Positions 38,790-48,328 are shown, numbered from the stretch's first letter. The stretch: 64,000 bases of DNA from Kiritimatiellia bacterium (GCA_045599105.1 JAZRVL010000049.1:6507-70506), one strand, 5' to 3'. Translations and numbers: made by a program. Notes: generated by a model not told the origin, from the letters alone.

Positions 38790-38953
38790 GAAAATTTAAA
38801 ACCAAAAGGAAACGAAACCATAAAATATCTAATCTTTGGCGCGGTAGCGCTTATGTGCGGTTATGGTGATTTGTGGAGCGAATGAGCAATCTGATGAGTT
38901 AACCCTTTACTCATCTACCCCTCGGGCTTTGTACTAGTAGCAAAAGACCTTGG

Positions 38954-39397
38954 CTATGGTAATGCTACGCTAACAAGCTTGGAAACGAGCTTGCCATCAG
39001 CTTGGCCTTTAACGCGCGATATAACTTCTTTCATGACTTTGCCCATGTCCTTCTTAGAAGTTGCGCCCAAATCCGCAATTGTCGCTTTAACGACAAGAGC
39101 TACTTCCGCTTCCGAAAGCTGCGCTGGAAGATATTTCTTTAAAAGCTCCATCTCCACCTTTTCACCTTCAACCAACTCTACACGTCCTGCCGCTTCAAAT
39201 TGCGCAATTGACTCCTCGCGTTGTTTGACCGCTTTGGCAATCACTGAAAGTACAGCATCATCTGTTATCTCTTTGCCAGCATTGACCGTCAAGTCCTTTG
39301 CTTTAGCAATGACCCCACGAATCGCATTGACATTCTTCATATCGTGGCTCTTCATCGCCAATTTCATATCTTCCATCAAAGTATCATACATTGACAT
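38954..39397 (-). CDS. yqeY: GatB/YqeY domain protein
   Basis: 147 aa; MSMYDTLMEDMKLAMKSHDMKNVNAIRGV...YLPAQLSEAEV fits the YqeY family pattern. Confidence 0.8.
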   Translation of the reverse strand: MSMYDTLMEDMKLAMKSHDMKNVNAIRGVIAKAKDLTVNAGKEITDDAVLSVIAKAVKQREESIAQFEAAGRVELVEGEKVEMELLKKYLPAQLSEAEVALVVKATIADLGATSKKDMGKVMKEVISRVKGQADGKLVSKLVSVALP

Positions 39398-39418
39398 AGT
39401 TTTGTTTCCTTATTTTAT

Positions 39419-40018
39419 TTACATTCTGCCACTTAAAGCGTCAATGAGATCACAAAGGCGCTTATAACAAATCGCCAAGTCGTCATTGGTGACTTGATAC
39501 ATATATTCGCCTGCCCTTGCCATCTCGCCTTCAGCATTGGCGAGTCGCTTTTCAATCGTAGCGAGCGAATCTGTCCCACGCCCTTCTAAGCGATCTCTTA
39601 GCTCATCCATTGATGGCGGATTGATAAAGATATCGACATAGCCAATTTTCATGGGATCGGTATTGGGCAAGGAGCGCACATAGTCACGCACTTTCTTGGC
39701 GCCTTGGACATCAATATCAAGGATCATTGAGTTGCCTTCTTTGAGGACTTCCTCAATGGGGGACTTAAGTGTCCCATAATAATTGTCATGTACTAAGGCG
39801 TACTCAATAAATGCATTTTCTTTAATAAGCTCTTCAAATCGCGCTTTAGTCTTGAAGTGATAGTCAACGCCATCTTCTTCTTCGCCCCGCATCTCCCGCG
39901 TCGTACATGAAATTGAATAAACGAAATCTGGGTACTCTTGTAAGAGCATATCAATGAGCGTTGATTTACCGCAACCCGATGGTGCGGACATTACAATAAA
40001 AAGTGGTTTCGTTTTCAT
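39419..40018 (-). CDS. gmk: guanylate kinase
   Basis: P-loop IVMSAPSGCGKSTL, CTTREMRGEE and 199-aa size. Confidence 0.92.
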   Translation of the reverse strand: MKTKPLFIVMSAPSGCGKSTLIDMLLQEYPDFVYSISCTTREMRGEEEDGVDYHFKTKARFEELIKENAFIEYALVHDNYYGTLKSPIEEVLKEGNSMILDIDVQGAKKVRDYVRSLPNTDPMKIGYVDIFINPPSMDELRDRLEGRGTDSLATIEKRLANAEGEMARAGEYMYQVTNDDLAICYKRLCDLIDALSGRM

Positions 40019-40533
40019 AAGCTCGCAAAAATCTTTTCTGGCTCCATCATTCGTCCCTTGCCTTTGACTCCGCAGGCAAGCTCGCCATCGCCAGGCTCAA
40101 TTACTTTGATGCCTCGCTTTACTAAGGATGCAATGTTCTCTTGAGTTATGGGGCTATCCCACATTCCCATATTCATTGCCGGAGCAACTACAATTGGCGC
40201 TTTGGTTGCGAGAAGCGTCGCCGATAGCAAATCATCCGCAAGCCCATGGCGCATCTTGGCAATGATGTTGGCAGTAGCTGGAGCTACTACTACCAAGTCC
40301 GCCGACTCAGCCAGCGAAATGTGCTCTGGCTTCCACGAAACGGGCGGAGCAAATTGATCAACATAAACGGGATTGCGCGAGAGCGTCTGAAAGGTAAGGG
40401 GCGTTACAAACTTCGTTGCCTCTTCGGTCATGACAACGGTAACTTCATCTCCCGCCTTGATAAACAAGCGCACCAATTCACACGCCTTATAAGCGGCAAT
40501 TGAACCTGTAACTCCAAGTAATACTTTACGCAT
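40015..40533 (-). CDS. coaC: phosphopantothenoylcysteine decarboxylase-type flavoprotein (CoaC domain only)
   Basis: LLGVTGSIAAYKACELVRL, VVAPATANIIAKM, APAMNMGMW and GELACGVKGKGRMMEP. There is no CoaB half. The start is taken at MRKVLLG (ATG 40533), 8 nt into the upstream gene. Confidence 0.8.
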   Translation of the reverse strand: MRKVLLGVTGSIAAYKACELVRLFIKAGDEVTVVMTEEATKFVTPLTFQTLSRNPVYVDQFAPPVSWKPEHISLAESADLVVVAPATANIIAKMRHGLADDLLSATLLATKAPIVVAPAMNMGMWDSPITQENIASLVKRGIKVIEPGDGELACGVKGKGRMMEPEKIFASL

Positions 40534-41047
40534 AACTTTTATCTCCATTATCAATTAAGTAAGCTACCGCATGGGCCTTTTGAATGTCCTTAAAGTCTGG
40601 CCGATAATATTCAGGCGTTGCTTCCTCAGCATAAACGAAAACCACTTTATTGGGATAGGTTGACGCCTCCACAAGTCCCATTTCATACGTATTTTCACTG
40701 GCGGCAATTGCCGTATAGCTCGCATGATTTTTAGTGATAATCGAAAAATGCCCAGGCATGGCATTATGCACCGAATTAGAAAATCCTGCCGGCGACATCT
40801 CACCTTCACTGCGAAATTGCTGCATCAGTTTCAAGGTAGTTCCAATCTCGCCCCAACGACTCGCAAATACTACTGGCACTTCCTCGCCATGAGGGTAAAC
40901 TTGCCAGGCAACCGCAATCGCCGCTTTTTCAAGTGGCGTTAAACGCCGACGTTCCGCTGGCGACAAAAAGCTCAAGTCTGGCGTAGGTGAGGAGTCAACT
41001 TCGCACCAATTAGCTTCTTTTAAAATATTTAGCCTAAGCTTATTCAC
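40526..41047 (-). CDS. beta-ketoacyl-synthase N-terminal-domain / chain-length-factor-like protein
   Basis: PAERRRLTPLEKAA, VVFASRWGEIGTT and MSPAGFSNSVHNAMPGHFSI match my memory of the small KS-like family that lacks a catalytic Cys. Confidence 0.6.
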   Translation of the reverse strand: MNKLRLNILKEANWCEVDSSPTPDLSFLSPAERRRLTPLEKAAIAVAWQVYPHGEEVPVVFASRWGEIGTTLKLMQQFRSEGEMSPAGFSNSVHNAMPGHFSIITKNHASYTAIAASENTYEMGLVEASTYPNKVVFVYAEEATPEYYRPDFKDIQKAHAVAYLIDNGDKSYA

Positions 41048-41055
41048 TTTGAGTA

Positions 41056-41676
41056 TTATATCAAAAATACCTTTGCATTCTCGTCGGTCAACTTTTCTAA
41101 TTGCTCAAAGGTCATTGCCCGCAAATCGGCGAGCTTCATTAGTACATCCTTAATACTGAAAGATATTTCTCCTGTCCTATCCGTTTCTACGAGCAAACGG
41201 TCGCTGGGAATCTTTTTACATAGCGCATGATAATTAACTGCGTGGTTATTAAGGATTGCAGGGCCAACTGAAATAAAACCATTTACCTTTACAATCTCTG
41301 GAATAAGTCCATCCGAACGGGAAAAGCCGTGAAAGAGAAAAGCTGGTATCTCACCTACGTATGGCTTAATTGTCTTAACTACATCTCCCCAGCATTTAGC
41401 GCCATGAAGAATCGTTGGCCGATGAAACGCCGAGGCAAGTTTAAGTTGAGCGATAAATACATCTCGCATTTTACCACTCACTTGCCGCGTCTTTAATCGA
41501 TCAAGTCCAATTTCACCAACAAGCAAATGCGGATTGACGGTAAGCGACTCACGCAAAAACTCCACACTCGCGCAATTGTTTGCCTCCCACGGATGAATGC
41601 CCTTTGCATCACGGCCAATCAAAATTTCACGAATGCAACTATCGTTGGCTGAAATATGACAATGCGCGTCAATCAT
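41056..41676 (-). CDS. TatD-family metal-dependent hydrolase (short paralog)
   Basis: MIDAHCHIS, ILHGAKCW and LLVETDR fit the TatD pattern. Confidence 0.7.
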   Translation of the reverse strand: MIDAHCHISANDSCIREILIGRDAKGIHPWEANNCASVEFLRESLTVNPHLLVGEIGLDRLKTRQVSGKMRDVFIAQLKLASAFHRPTILHGAKCWGDVVKTIKPYVGEIPAFLFHGFSRSDGLIPEIVKVNGFISVGPAILNNHAVNYHALCKKIPSDRLLVETDRTGEISFSIKDVLMKLADLRAMTFEQLEKLTDENAKVFLI

Positions 41677-42359
41677 TTCCCAAAGCGAAGCTTAAGCGCG
41701 ATCTTGATTGACTCAAGGGCAATACTGGGGGTAATTTTGGAGTAACCCATTGCCCGATCCGTAAAGACGATAGGTACTTCCCTAATCGTAAGACCCGCTT
41801 TCCATGCGTAGTGATTCATTTCTAATTGGAAAGAATATCCCGCACTATTAACCCGCTTAAAGTCGATTCTTTCCAGTGCTAATTTACTCCACGCCTTAAA
41901 TCCACCCGTAGGATCGCTAAGTGGCATCCCAGTTACTAAGCGAATAAAGATGCCGCCCATTCGTGAAATTAAACGACGCGAAAAAGGCCAGCCAGGGGTC
42001 AAGCCACCTTTAACATATCTTGAGCCAATAACCAAATCCGCCTCAGTGCTCAAAAGTCGAGCAATGTCTTTGGGATTGTGCGAAAAGTCAGCGTCCATCT
42101 GCACCACTTTACTTGCACCCAACTTTAGCGCCCTTTCAAATCCAGCAATATAAGCCCTACCAAGTCCTGCTTTCTTTTCACGGTGTAGTACATGAATGCG
42201 TGGATTTTCTTTTTGCATTGCATCTAATATGGCGCCTGTTCCATCAGGCGAGTTGTCGTCAACAAAAAGAATCTCTACATCAGCTATCTTTAGTACAGCT
42301 TCAGCCATCGGCCGAACGTTATCCTTTTCGTCGTAAGTAGGAATTACGACAACGTTCAT
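41673..42359 (-). CDS. GT2 polyprenol-phosphate mannosyltransferase-like glycosyltransferase
   Basis: MNVVVIPTYDEKDN, FVDDNSPDGTG and VQMDADFSHNP. The start is taken at ATG 42359, which gives an ATGA overlap with the ispF stop. The longest ORF begins at 42377. Confidence 0.8.
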   Translation of the reverse strand: MNVVVIPTYDEKDNVRPMAEAVLKIADVEILFVDDNSPDGTGAILDAMQKENPRIHVLHREKKAGLGRAYIAGFERALKLGASKVVQMDADFSHNPKDIARLLSTEADLVIGSRYVKGGLTPGWPFSRRLISRMGGIFIRLVTGMPLSDPTGGFKAWSKLALERIDFKRVNSAGYSFQLEMNHYAWKAGLTIREVPIVFTDRAMGYSKITPSIALESIKIALKLRFGK

Positions 42360-42829
42360 ACCTTCTCCAAAAGACACACTGCCTCGGCAATAATGCCAAG
42401 AGCGGCTCCTACATCATCCAACTTTTCGTTCGTCTTGCCTTTAACTGAAATTTGGTCAAAGCCAATCGCACAAACTGACGATAGACGATTTCTAATAGCA
42501 TCTACCTTATCGCGCAAACGTGGACGCTCGCAAATAACTGTCGCATCAATATTGGAAATGGTATAGCCATGAGATCGCACTTCCTTTACGACTGCGCTTA
42601 AAAGCTCCATTGAGTTTGCCCCACGCCACTTCTCATCGGTATCTGGAAAGTGCGAGCCAATATCTCCTAATGCGGCTGCCCCTAAAAGCGCATCAATGAT
42701 AGCATGCGCCAAAACATCCGCATCGGAGTGACCTTTAAGTCCCACTTCACCCAAAAACTCCACTCCACCTAAAATGAGCTTACGCCCACTCTCGAAGCGA
42801 TGCGAGTCATAACCAAAGCCAACTCTCAT
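42356..42829 (-). CDS. ispF: 2-C-methyl-D-erythritol 2,4-cyclodiphosphate synthase
   Basis: MRVGFGYDSHRF, GHSDADVLAHAI and 157-aa size. Confidence 0.92.
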   Translation of the reverse strand: MRVGFGYDSHRFESGRKLILGGVEFLGEVGLKGHSDADVLAHAIIDALLGAAALGDIGSHFPDTDEKWRGANSMELLSAVVKEVRSHGYTISNIDATVICERPRLRDKVDAIRNRLSSVCAIGFDQISVKGKTNEKLDDVGAALGIIAEAVCLLEKV

Positions 42830-43230
42830 TTAAGTGCAATCCTATCTGCGAGCGCCTTCAGCTCGGCCATATCTCCAGCATGGCTTTCAAAGGCAATCGG
42901 CTCCGAGCCATAGCGCGGAACAATATGAAAGTGAATGTGCTTAACTGTTTGTCCCGCAGCTTCACCATTATTCTGCAAAATATTAAATCCATCACACGGC
43001 AGCACCGCTTTTAGATGGGCAGCGACTTTCTTTACGCGCGCAATCGTCTCGGCAAGTGTCTTTTCGTCCGTATCTAAAAGTCCCTCGCTATGCGATTTGG
43101 GAATCACTAACGTATGTCCACGCGTAAACGGATTGATGTCGAGATACGCCAAAACTAAATCGTCCTCATAAACCTTGAAGGAGGGAATCTCGCCGGCAGC
43201 GATCGCACAAAAGATACAATTGTTTTTCAT
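42826..43230 (-). CDS. HIT-family hydrolase
   Basis: Histidine triad VKHIHFHIVPR; 134 aa. Confidence 0.85.
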   Translation of the reverse strand: MKNNCIFCAIAAGEIPSFKVYEDDLVLAYLDINPFTRGHTLVIPKSHSEGLLDTDEKTLAETIARVKKVAAHLKAVLPCDGFNILQNNGEAAGQTVKHIHFHIVPRYGSEPIAFESHAGDMAELKALADRIALK

Positions 43231-43874
43231 GATAATGACCTTCTTAAAGCTTCAACTGCTTTTTTCATATCGCTTTGTTTAAAAAGGTAACTGCCAGCCA
43301 CGAATTGATTGGCGCCAGCTTTGTGGGCAAGCGGAATAGTTTCCGCATTGCCTCCACCATCAATCATAATATTTAACTTAGAATAACATCTACGGATATT
43401 ACTTACTTTGGGTAAGCACTCAGCAATGAACGATTGTCCACCATAGCCCGGATGGACCGTCATTACCAACACCTCATCCACTTCGCCTAAATAAGGTGCC
43501 ACCTTTTCTACTGGCGTTTCCGGATTAAGGACAATCGCATTTTTAAGCCCGAGCGCGCGTATGCGCTTAAGCTCAGTATGTAAATCACAATCAGCTTCCA
43601 CATGGATTTGAATCGTTTGGGAGCCAGCTTGCGCAAACTTCTCAATATACAAATCTGGACGATTCATCATGAGATGTACATTGCGATAAAACTTAGGACA
43701 TGTCTTGCGGCAAAACTCCACAATCGACGGACCAAAGCTCATGTTGGGCACAAAGGTAGGATCCATAATGTCCAAGTGAATCGCATCCGCAGTTGACGCT
43801 TCAGCGCGAATAAGTTCATCGGCGAGGTGTCCTAAATCGGCAGCTAAGAACGAAGGGAGAATTTCAAGTTTCAT
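43227..43874 (-). CDS. rpe: ribulose-phosphate 3-epimerase
   Basis: IHLDIMDPTFVPNMSFGP and VMTVHPGYGGQSF. Confidence 0.9.
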   Translation of the reverse strand: MKLEILPSFLAADLGHLADELIRAEASTADAIHLDIMDPTFVPNMSFGPSIVEFCRKTCPKFYRNVHLMMNRPDLYIEKFAQAGSQTIQIHVEADCDLHTELKRIRALGLKNAIVLNPETPVEKVAPYLGEVDEVLVMTVHPGYGGQSFIAECLPKVSNIRRCYSKLNIMIDGGGNAETIPLAHKAGANQFVAGSYLFKQSDMKKAVEALRRSLS

Positions 43875-43883
43875 GATTTTAAG

Positions 43884-44387
43884 TTAGATTATATCATTTT
43901 CTTTGGCTTCGCGTCGGGCGCGAAAGAAATTCTGAAGCAATGCTTTCGACTCTGCTTCTTTGACGCCATCGATAATTTCGGGGTGGTGATTGATCCCAGG
44001 ATGCGAAAAGATATTAAAAACCGTTCCTCCTCCACGCTTGGGATCACTCACTCCCCAAACTACCGTCTTTATTCGTGCAAGCACAATCGCCCCTGCGCAC
44101 ATCGGGCAGGGCTCTTTGGTGACGTAAAGCCGCGCATTGGTAAGCCGCCAATTGCCAGTTGCTTGAAAGGCCTGAGTAAGCGCCAATATCTCCGCATGTG
44201 CTGTCGCATCTATGAGATCTTCGGTCTGGTTGTGAGCGCGAGCTAAGATGCGCACTTGCGCGGGATTTGCTTCGCCTTCAACTTCCTCAACAATCACACA
44301 TCCCGTTGGCACTTCGCCGTCGCTTGCAGCTTTCTCCGCTTCCCGAAGCGCCATCGCCATAAAGTATTCATCTATCTGGTTAGTCAT
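43884..44387 (-). CDS. tadA: tRNA-specific adenosine deaminase
   Basis: Deaminase zinc motifs HAEILAL and PCPMCAGAIVLARI. Confidence 0.9.
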   Translation of the reverse strand: MTNQIDEYFMAMALREAEKAASDGEVPTGCVIVEEVEGEANPAQVRILARAHNQTEDLIDATAHAEILALTQAFQATGNWRLTNARLYVTKEPCPMCAGAIVLARIKTVVWGVSDPKRGGGTVFNIFSHPGINHHPEIIDGVKEAESKALLQNFFRARREAKENDII

Positions 44388-45094
44388 AAGGCCAACACCT
44401 TCTCCGCATTTTGAAAAGTTAACTCCGCAAAGTCCTCATCGCTTACGCCTCTAAGGGTAGATAAAAATTGACATGTGTAAGCGAGAAACGCAGGTTCATT
44501 TTCTTTACCACGCATTGGAACTGGCGCTAAATAGGGCGAATCGGTCTCAATCAAAATGCGCTCATTAGGAATCATCATTGCAACTTCGCGCACATTTTCC
44601 GCTGCTTTAAAAGTAACAATCCCCGAAATTGAAATATAAAATCCCAAATCCAAAAACTCTTTCGCCGCTTTAACCGTCCCTGTATAGGAGTGAATAATTC
44701 CCCGCGAAGGAACTTCCTTTAATAGGCTAATTGTGTCATCGTCCGCTTCGCGCGTATGAATGACGACTGGCAAATTGCGCGCGCGAGCAAGCTCTAACTG
44801 TTCATAAAAAAGCTGTAGCTGTTTGTCGCGCGTTTCGGGTGAGTAATGGTAATCAAGCCCAATCTCTCCTATTGCCTGTGCTTTACCTAAAGCTGGAAGC
44901 TCTTTATCAATTTGATCTCGATCATACCCAAGCGCATGAATGGGAGAGGCGATAATAGCCGAAGCATTAAGCGCTTGAGAGCCCCCTACTGCCATAAACT
45001 TTTCTACGCCTGCCTTACGAGCACGCGCAACTATCGGCTCGATCACTGCGGGATCGCACGACTCAAAATGACAGTGAGTATCAAATAAACGCAT
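44384..45094 (-). CDS. TatD-family hydrolase
   Basis: MRLFDTHCHF, GEIGLDYHY, VVIHTREADDD and IETDSPYLAP. Confidence 0.85.
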   Translation of the reverse strand: MRLFDTHCHFESCDPAVIEPIVARARKAGVEKFMAVGGSQALNASAIIASPIHALGYDRDQIDKELPALGKAQAIGEIGLDYHYSPETRDKQLQLFYEQLELARARNLPVVIHTREADDDTISLLKEVPSRGIIHSYTGTVKAAKEFLDLGFYISISGIVTFKAAENVREVAMMIPNERILIETDSPYLAPVPMRGKENEPAFLAYTCQFLSTLRGVSDEDFAELTFQNAEKVLAL

Positions 45095-45101
45095 CGCTAT
45101 T

Positions 45102-45572
45102 TCAAGCGCGAACTTTAACGATTAGCTTGTGCGCTTTTTTAGGAGTGTCAGTTGTCACTGCTGGCGCATGGGCACAAGTTATTGGATAAGTAATACAAAA
45201 CTCGCCTTTTTTAAGCGTGAAGTACTCCACTGCTTGCTCATAAACTCCACCATCGCTTGCCTCGTCAAACGAGCCCTTGGCTAACGCATTAAAAACAGCA
45301 AGCCCAATTTTCTCATCCGCCGCAAGTGGTACATGAATATCAAAATACTTGTGATGGACTTCGGGCTTGCGCTCAGAGGGAAGCACATAGTCCGCCTCAA
45401 CATTATTAACAAACACTTCATCACCGGCAATCTCATTGCGCCCCACTTTAAGCGAAGCAAACTCTCCACGCTTTAAAAACTCCACCGCTTTGGCAAAGGC
45501 AGGGCTAAGCGACTGATAAGCGGAAAGGTTTTCGAGTTTATCAATGATATAGACATTTTCGAGTTTTTGCAT
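45102..45572 (-). CDS. YhcH/YjgK/YiaL-family (DUF386, EbgC-like) protein
   Basis: 156 aa. The N-terminal pattern IIDKLENLSAY...PAFAKAVEFL...GRNEIAGDEVFVNN...EVHHKYFDIHV is typical of this family. Confidence 0.7.
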   Translation of the reverse strand: MQKLENVYIIDKLENLSAYQSLSPAFAKAVEFLKRGEFASLKVGRNEIAGDEVFVNNVEADYVLPSERKPEVHHKYFDIHVPLAADEKIGLAVFNALAKGSFDEASDGGVYEQAVEYFTLKKGEFCITYPITCAHAPAVTTDTPKKAHKLIVKVRA

Positions 45573-45574
45573 TT

Positions 45575-46246
45575 TTACAGTCCTTTCGGTAGGATGGATG
45601 AAAATTCTAAACGCTTACCCGTTTGAGGGTGGCGAAGAGTGAGCAAGCTCGCATGAAGATGTAAACGGTCAGCTTTTTTAGCACCATATTTTCTATCACC
45701 CACAACTGGATAACCAGCTTCTGAAAAGTGAACGCGGATTTGGTTTTTGCGACCCGACTTAAGGCTTACTTTAACAAGCGTCGTTCCTCGCTCAGCTTTA
45801 ATTCGCTCCCAAATAGTCCGTGCAAGTTTACCTAAAGATGCATCCTTAACACTATGGACTTTCATGGTCTTGGGATCATCTTTAAGATACGAAACAAATT
45901 CACCTTGCGCTTCTTTAAGCTCGCCTTCGACTCGCGCAAAATAAGTTTTTTCGGTAAGCTCGTTCCAGTTCGAGCGAAGCACCTCAGAAAACTCTTCACT
46001 CTTGGCAAAGATCATCACCCCTGAAGTATCTCGATCTAATCGGTGGACAAGATAAACACGCTTTGAACTTTTTAGCTGTCCTTTACGCACATAAGCGGTA
46101 AGTAAGTTTTCGGCTGTCACTTGACTTTCACGAGCAGCTCGACCAACGAGTGCCGTATGCGTAGTTAAAAGACCAGCTGGCTTATCAATTACAATAAGCT
46201 CTTTATCTTCGTAAATAATTTCAAATGGTAGAAACTTTGACTTCAT
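45575..46246 (-). CDS. RluA-family pseudouridine synthase
   Basis: Catalytic HRLDRDTSGVMIFAK and KNQIRVHF. Confidence 0.85.
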   Translation of the reverse strand: MKSKFLPFEIIYEDKELIVIDKPAGLLTTHTALVGRAARESQVTAENLLTAYVRKGQLKSSKRVYLVHRLDRDTSGVMIFAKSEEFSEVLRSNWNELTEKTYFARVEGELKEAQGEFVSYLKDDPKTMKVHSVKDASLGKLARTIWERIKAERGTTLVKVSLKSGRKNQIRVHFSEAGYPVVGDRKYGAKKADRLHLHASLLTLRHPQTGKRLEFSSILPKGL

Positions 46247-47790
46247 CGCTCAAGTAATCGTCCGTTGCGCTTGTCCGTGAACTTACCTTCAAAATATGAA
46301 AGACTGCCGTTAACTAAAACCGCTTTAACTCCCTCGGCAAAAGTATGCGGCCGTGCATAAGTTGCACGCGAAATAAAATCGCTTTCGCGCCAAACGGCGA
46401 TGTCGGCAAAGTTACCTTTTTTAAGGTACCCTCTTCGTTTTAACTCAAAGCGCTCTGCCACTAAAGCCGTCATTCGCCGAATCGTTGCTTCCCGAGAAAA
46501 ACCTAATGAGCGTACTCGATGATAAAACTCACACATTGTACCATATGCGCGAGGATGAGGATGGTCGAGTCCCAATGGGCCTAAAGGCGAGCGCAATGAA
46601 GCATCCGAACCTGGAAGTATCCACTCGCGCCGATAAATCTCATTTAGATTATCCTCCGACATCGTAAAGAAAAAAGCCCCTGTCTTACATTCATCTTTCT
46701 CCAGTACGTGCACAATAAATTCACCGACCGAATTAGGTGCAAGCTCGGCAATCGTGCGCCCAGAGTAACTACGCGTCTCATCCGTCCAAGCACCCCCAAT
46801 CATCACTTTCGACCAATCATTTTGGGAGTTATTAAGCTCACTTATAATTCGCGAGCGTTGAGTAGGATCTTGGAGGCGACTGCACTCACCTTTAGCCGCA
46901 CCTTCTTGCGCCCAGTCGGGAAGTACCACATCAAGATCAGTTCCTGCTGCACAATAAGGATAACGGTCAGATCCCATAATTAAACCCTCGGCCATGGCCC
47001 TTTCAATCTTGGTAAGAACTTTATCTAACTTGGACCAATTTTTCTCTCCGCTCGTTTTAAGGTGCGAGATTTCAGTGCGAATCCCAGTCACCTGCGCAAG
47101 GTTAATTACTTCATCAATTGCGCATTCTATTTCATCTCCCTCGCTGCGCATATGCGTTGCGTAAAAGCCACCTTTTTTTGCTGCCACTTTGGCAAGCGCA
47201 ATTACTTCCTCATTGGTTGAATATTTGCCTGGTTGATAAATAAGACCCGTCGTAAGACCATAACCACCTTCGTCCAATGATGTAGCAAGGAGCTTTTGCA
47301 TCGCTTTTATTTCATCCAAAGTTGCTGGACGCGTTGCATAGCCTATCACTGAAGACCGAAGTGTATTGTGACCAATAAACTCAACTGTATTAGTCGCAGG
47401 GCGTACTTCCTCCAGCACTTTGCGATATTCTTGGAGGGAGTGCCACGTTAACTTATCACCTAAAAGCGTAGCCCAATCCGATGAAAGTCGCGCCTCGCCA
47501 TAACGTGGCGCAATTGACCCACCACATTGACCATTAATTTCAGTCGTGATGCCTTGCGAAAGTTTAGAGGGCGCATTGGGCTCTAAAATGAGATACGCAT
47601 CACTATGCGAATGTGCATCAATAAAGCCAGGCGTAACTAAACAGTCGCTCGCGTCAATTATTTCGTCCGCTTCAACTTTTAATGGTAACGCACTTACTTC
47701 AACAATCTTTTCCCCGTCAACTAACACATCACCGACAAAACTACTTGCAAGTGTGCCGTCGACAATAGTGCCATTCTTAATGAGGGTCAT
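46243..47790 (-). CDS. D-aminoacylase-like amidohydrolase
   Basis: GFIDAHSHSD, YATHMRSEGD and a 515-aa amidohydrolase layout. Confidence 0.72.
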   Translation of the reverse strand: MTLIKNGTIVDGTLASSFVGDVLVDGEKIVEVSALPLKVEADEIIDASDCLVTPGFIDAHSHSDAYLILEPNAPSKLSQGITTEINGQCGGSIAPRYGEARLSSDWATLLGDKLTWHSLQEYRKVLEEVRPATNTVEFIGHNTLRSSVIGYATRPATLDEIKAMQKLLATSLDEGGYGLTTGLIYQPGKYSTNEEVIALAKVAAKKGGFYATHMRSEGDEIECAIDEVINLAQVTGIRTEISHLKTSGEKNWSKLDKVLTKIERAMAEGLIMGSDRYPYCAAGTDLDVVLPDWAQEGAAKGECSRLQDPTQRSRIISELNNSQNDWSKVMIGGAWTDETRSYSGRTIAELAPNSVGEFIVHVLEKDECKTGAFFFTMSEDNLNEIYRREWILPGSDASLRSPLGPLGLDHPHPRAYGTMCEFYHRVRSLGFSREATIRRMTALVAERFELKRRGYLKKGNFADIAVWRESDFISRATYARPHTFAEGVKAVLVNGSLSYFEGKFTDKRNGRLLER

Positions 47791-47796
47791 AAACTC

Positions 47797-48255
47797 TTAA
47801 GTTGCAATATACTTTTCACCACACATAGAGCAGACTGCGCCCGCATGAACTTCAGTGTGACAATTAGAACATTGACGAACAAGAACCTCCCCACAAAGTG
47901 CGCAGTATCTCCCACCAACTGGATCGGCCGCACTTAAATCGGGTAAATAAAATGTTTTGCCCTCCACTTGATAAGCATGATTGGATGGACAGTGAGGATT
48001 TGGGCAATAACCTTTAACCGCTGAAACACTGCTTATCTCTTGGGGAGTAGGTGTATCAGAAAATAGCTCAACGTTAAACTTCTTGGCTAGCTTTTCTACC
48101 ACCTCATCACTAAGTTTCGTGGGCTGACCCTGCTCAAACATCGACAAAGCTGATTGCTTACAACCAACTTCCTTAGCAACTTCTACTTGACCCAACTTAG
48201 CCAAGCGACGAGCTTCGCGAATCTTATAACAAATTTCTGGCCTTATATTAATCAC
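47797..48255 (-). CDS. XRE-family HTH regulator fused to a double Cys4 ribbon domain
   Basis: HTH IREARRLAKLGQVEVAKEVGCKQSALSMFEQG. Followed by CPNPHC...CALCGE and CSNCH...CSMCGE. GTG start. Confidence 0.75.
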   Translation of the reverse strand: MINIRPEICYKIREARRLAKLGQVEVAKEVGCKQSALSMFEQGQPTKLSDEVVEKLAKKFNVELFSDTPTPQEISSVSAVKGYCPNPHCPSNHAYQVEGKTFYLPDLSAADPVGGRYCALCGEVLVRQCSNCHTEVHAGAVCSMCGEKYIAT

Positions 48256-48263
48256 GAGTTGAT

Positions 48264-48292
48264 ATTATAAACTTTATTGACATAATTATCAA
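48264..48292 (-). promoter_or_regulatory. near-consensus sigma70 promoter of the XRE gene
   Basis: The minus strand reads TTGATA (48292-48287), exactly 17 nt, then TATAAT (48269-48264). Only 8 nt separate the -10 element from the GTG at 48255. Confidence 0.5.
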
Positions 48293-48328
48293 CATGGGTT
48301 GATATATTTGTTGATAACTTTTGATATT

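Noticed and set aside
38893-38915. Hairpin GATGAGT-N9-ACTCATC downstream of yqeY as an intrinsic terminator.
   Set aside because: The stem is 7 bp and AT-rich, and no U-tract follows on the transcribed (minus) strand. It is at best a weak or Rho-assisted site.
38800-38953. tRNA or small structured RNA in the unexplained part of the 295-nt spacer (GCGC-ggta-GCGC and neighbouring sequence).
   Set aside because: I could not fold a cloverleaf. I found no T-loop GTTCRANYC or D-loop motifs, and nothing resembling SRP, 6S or RNase P conserved boxes. A covariance-model scan (Infernal/Rfam) would settle it.
41056-45094. Two TatD-family genes 2.7 kb apart as a possible recent duplication.
   Set aside because: The proteins (206 and 236 aa) share only family-level motifs (HCH, ETD) and are clearly diverged paralogs. 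There is no nucleotide-level repeat.
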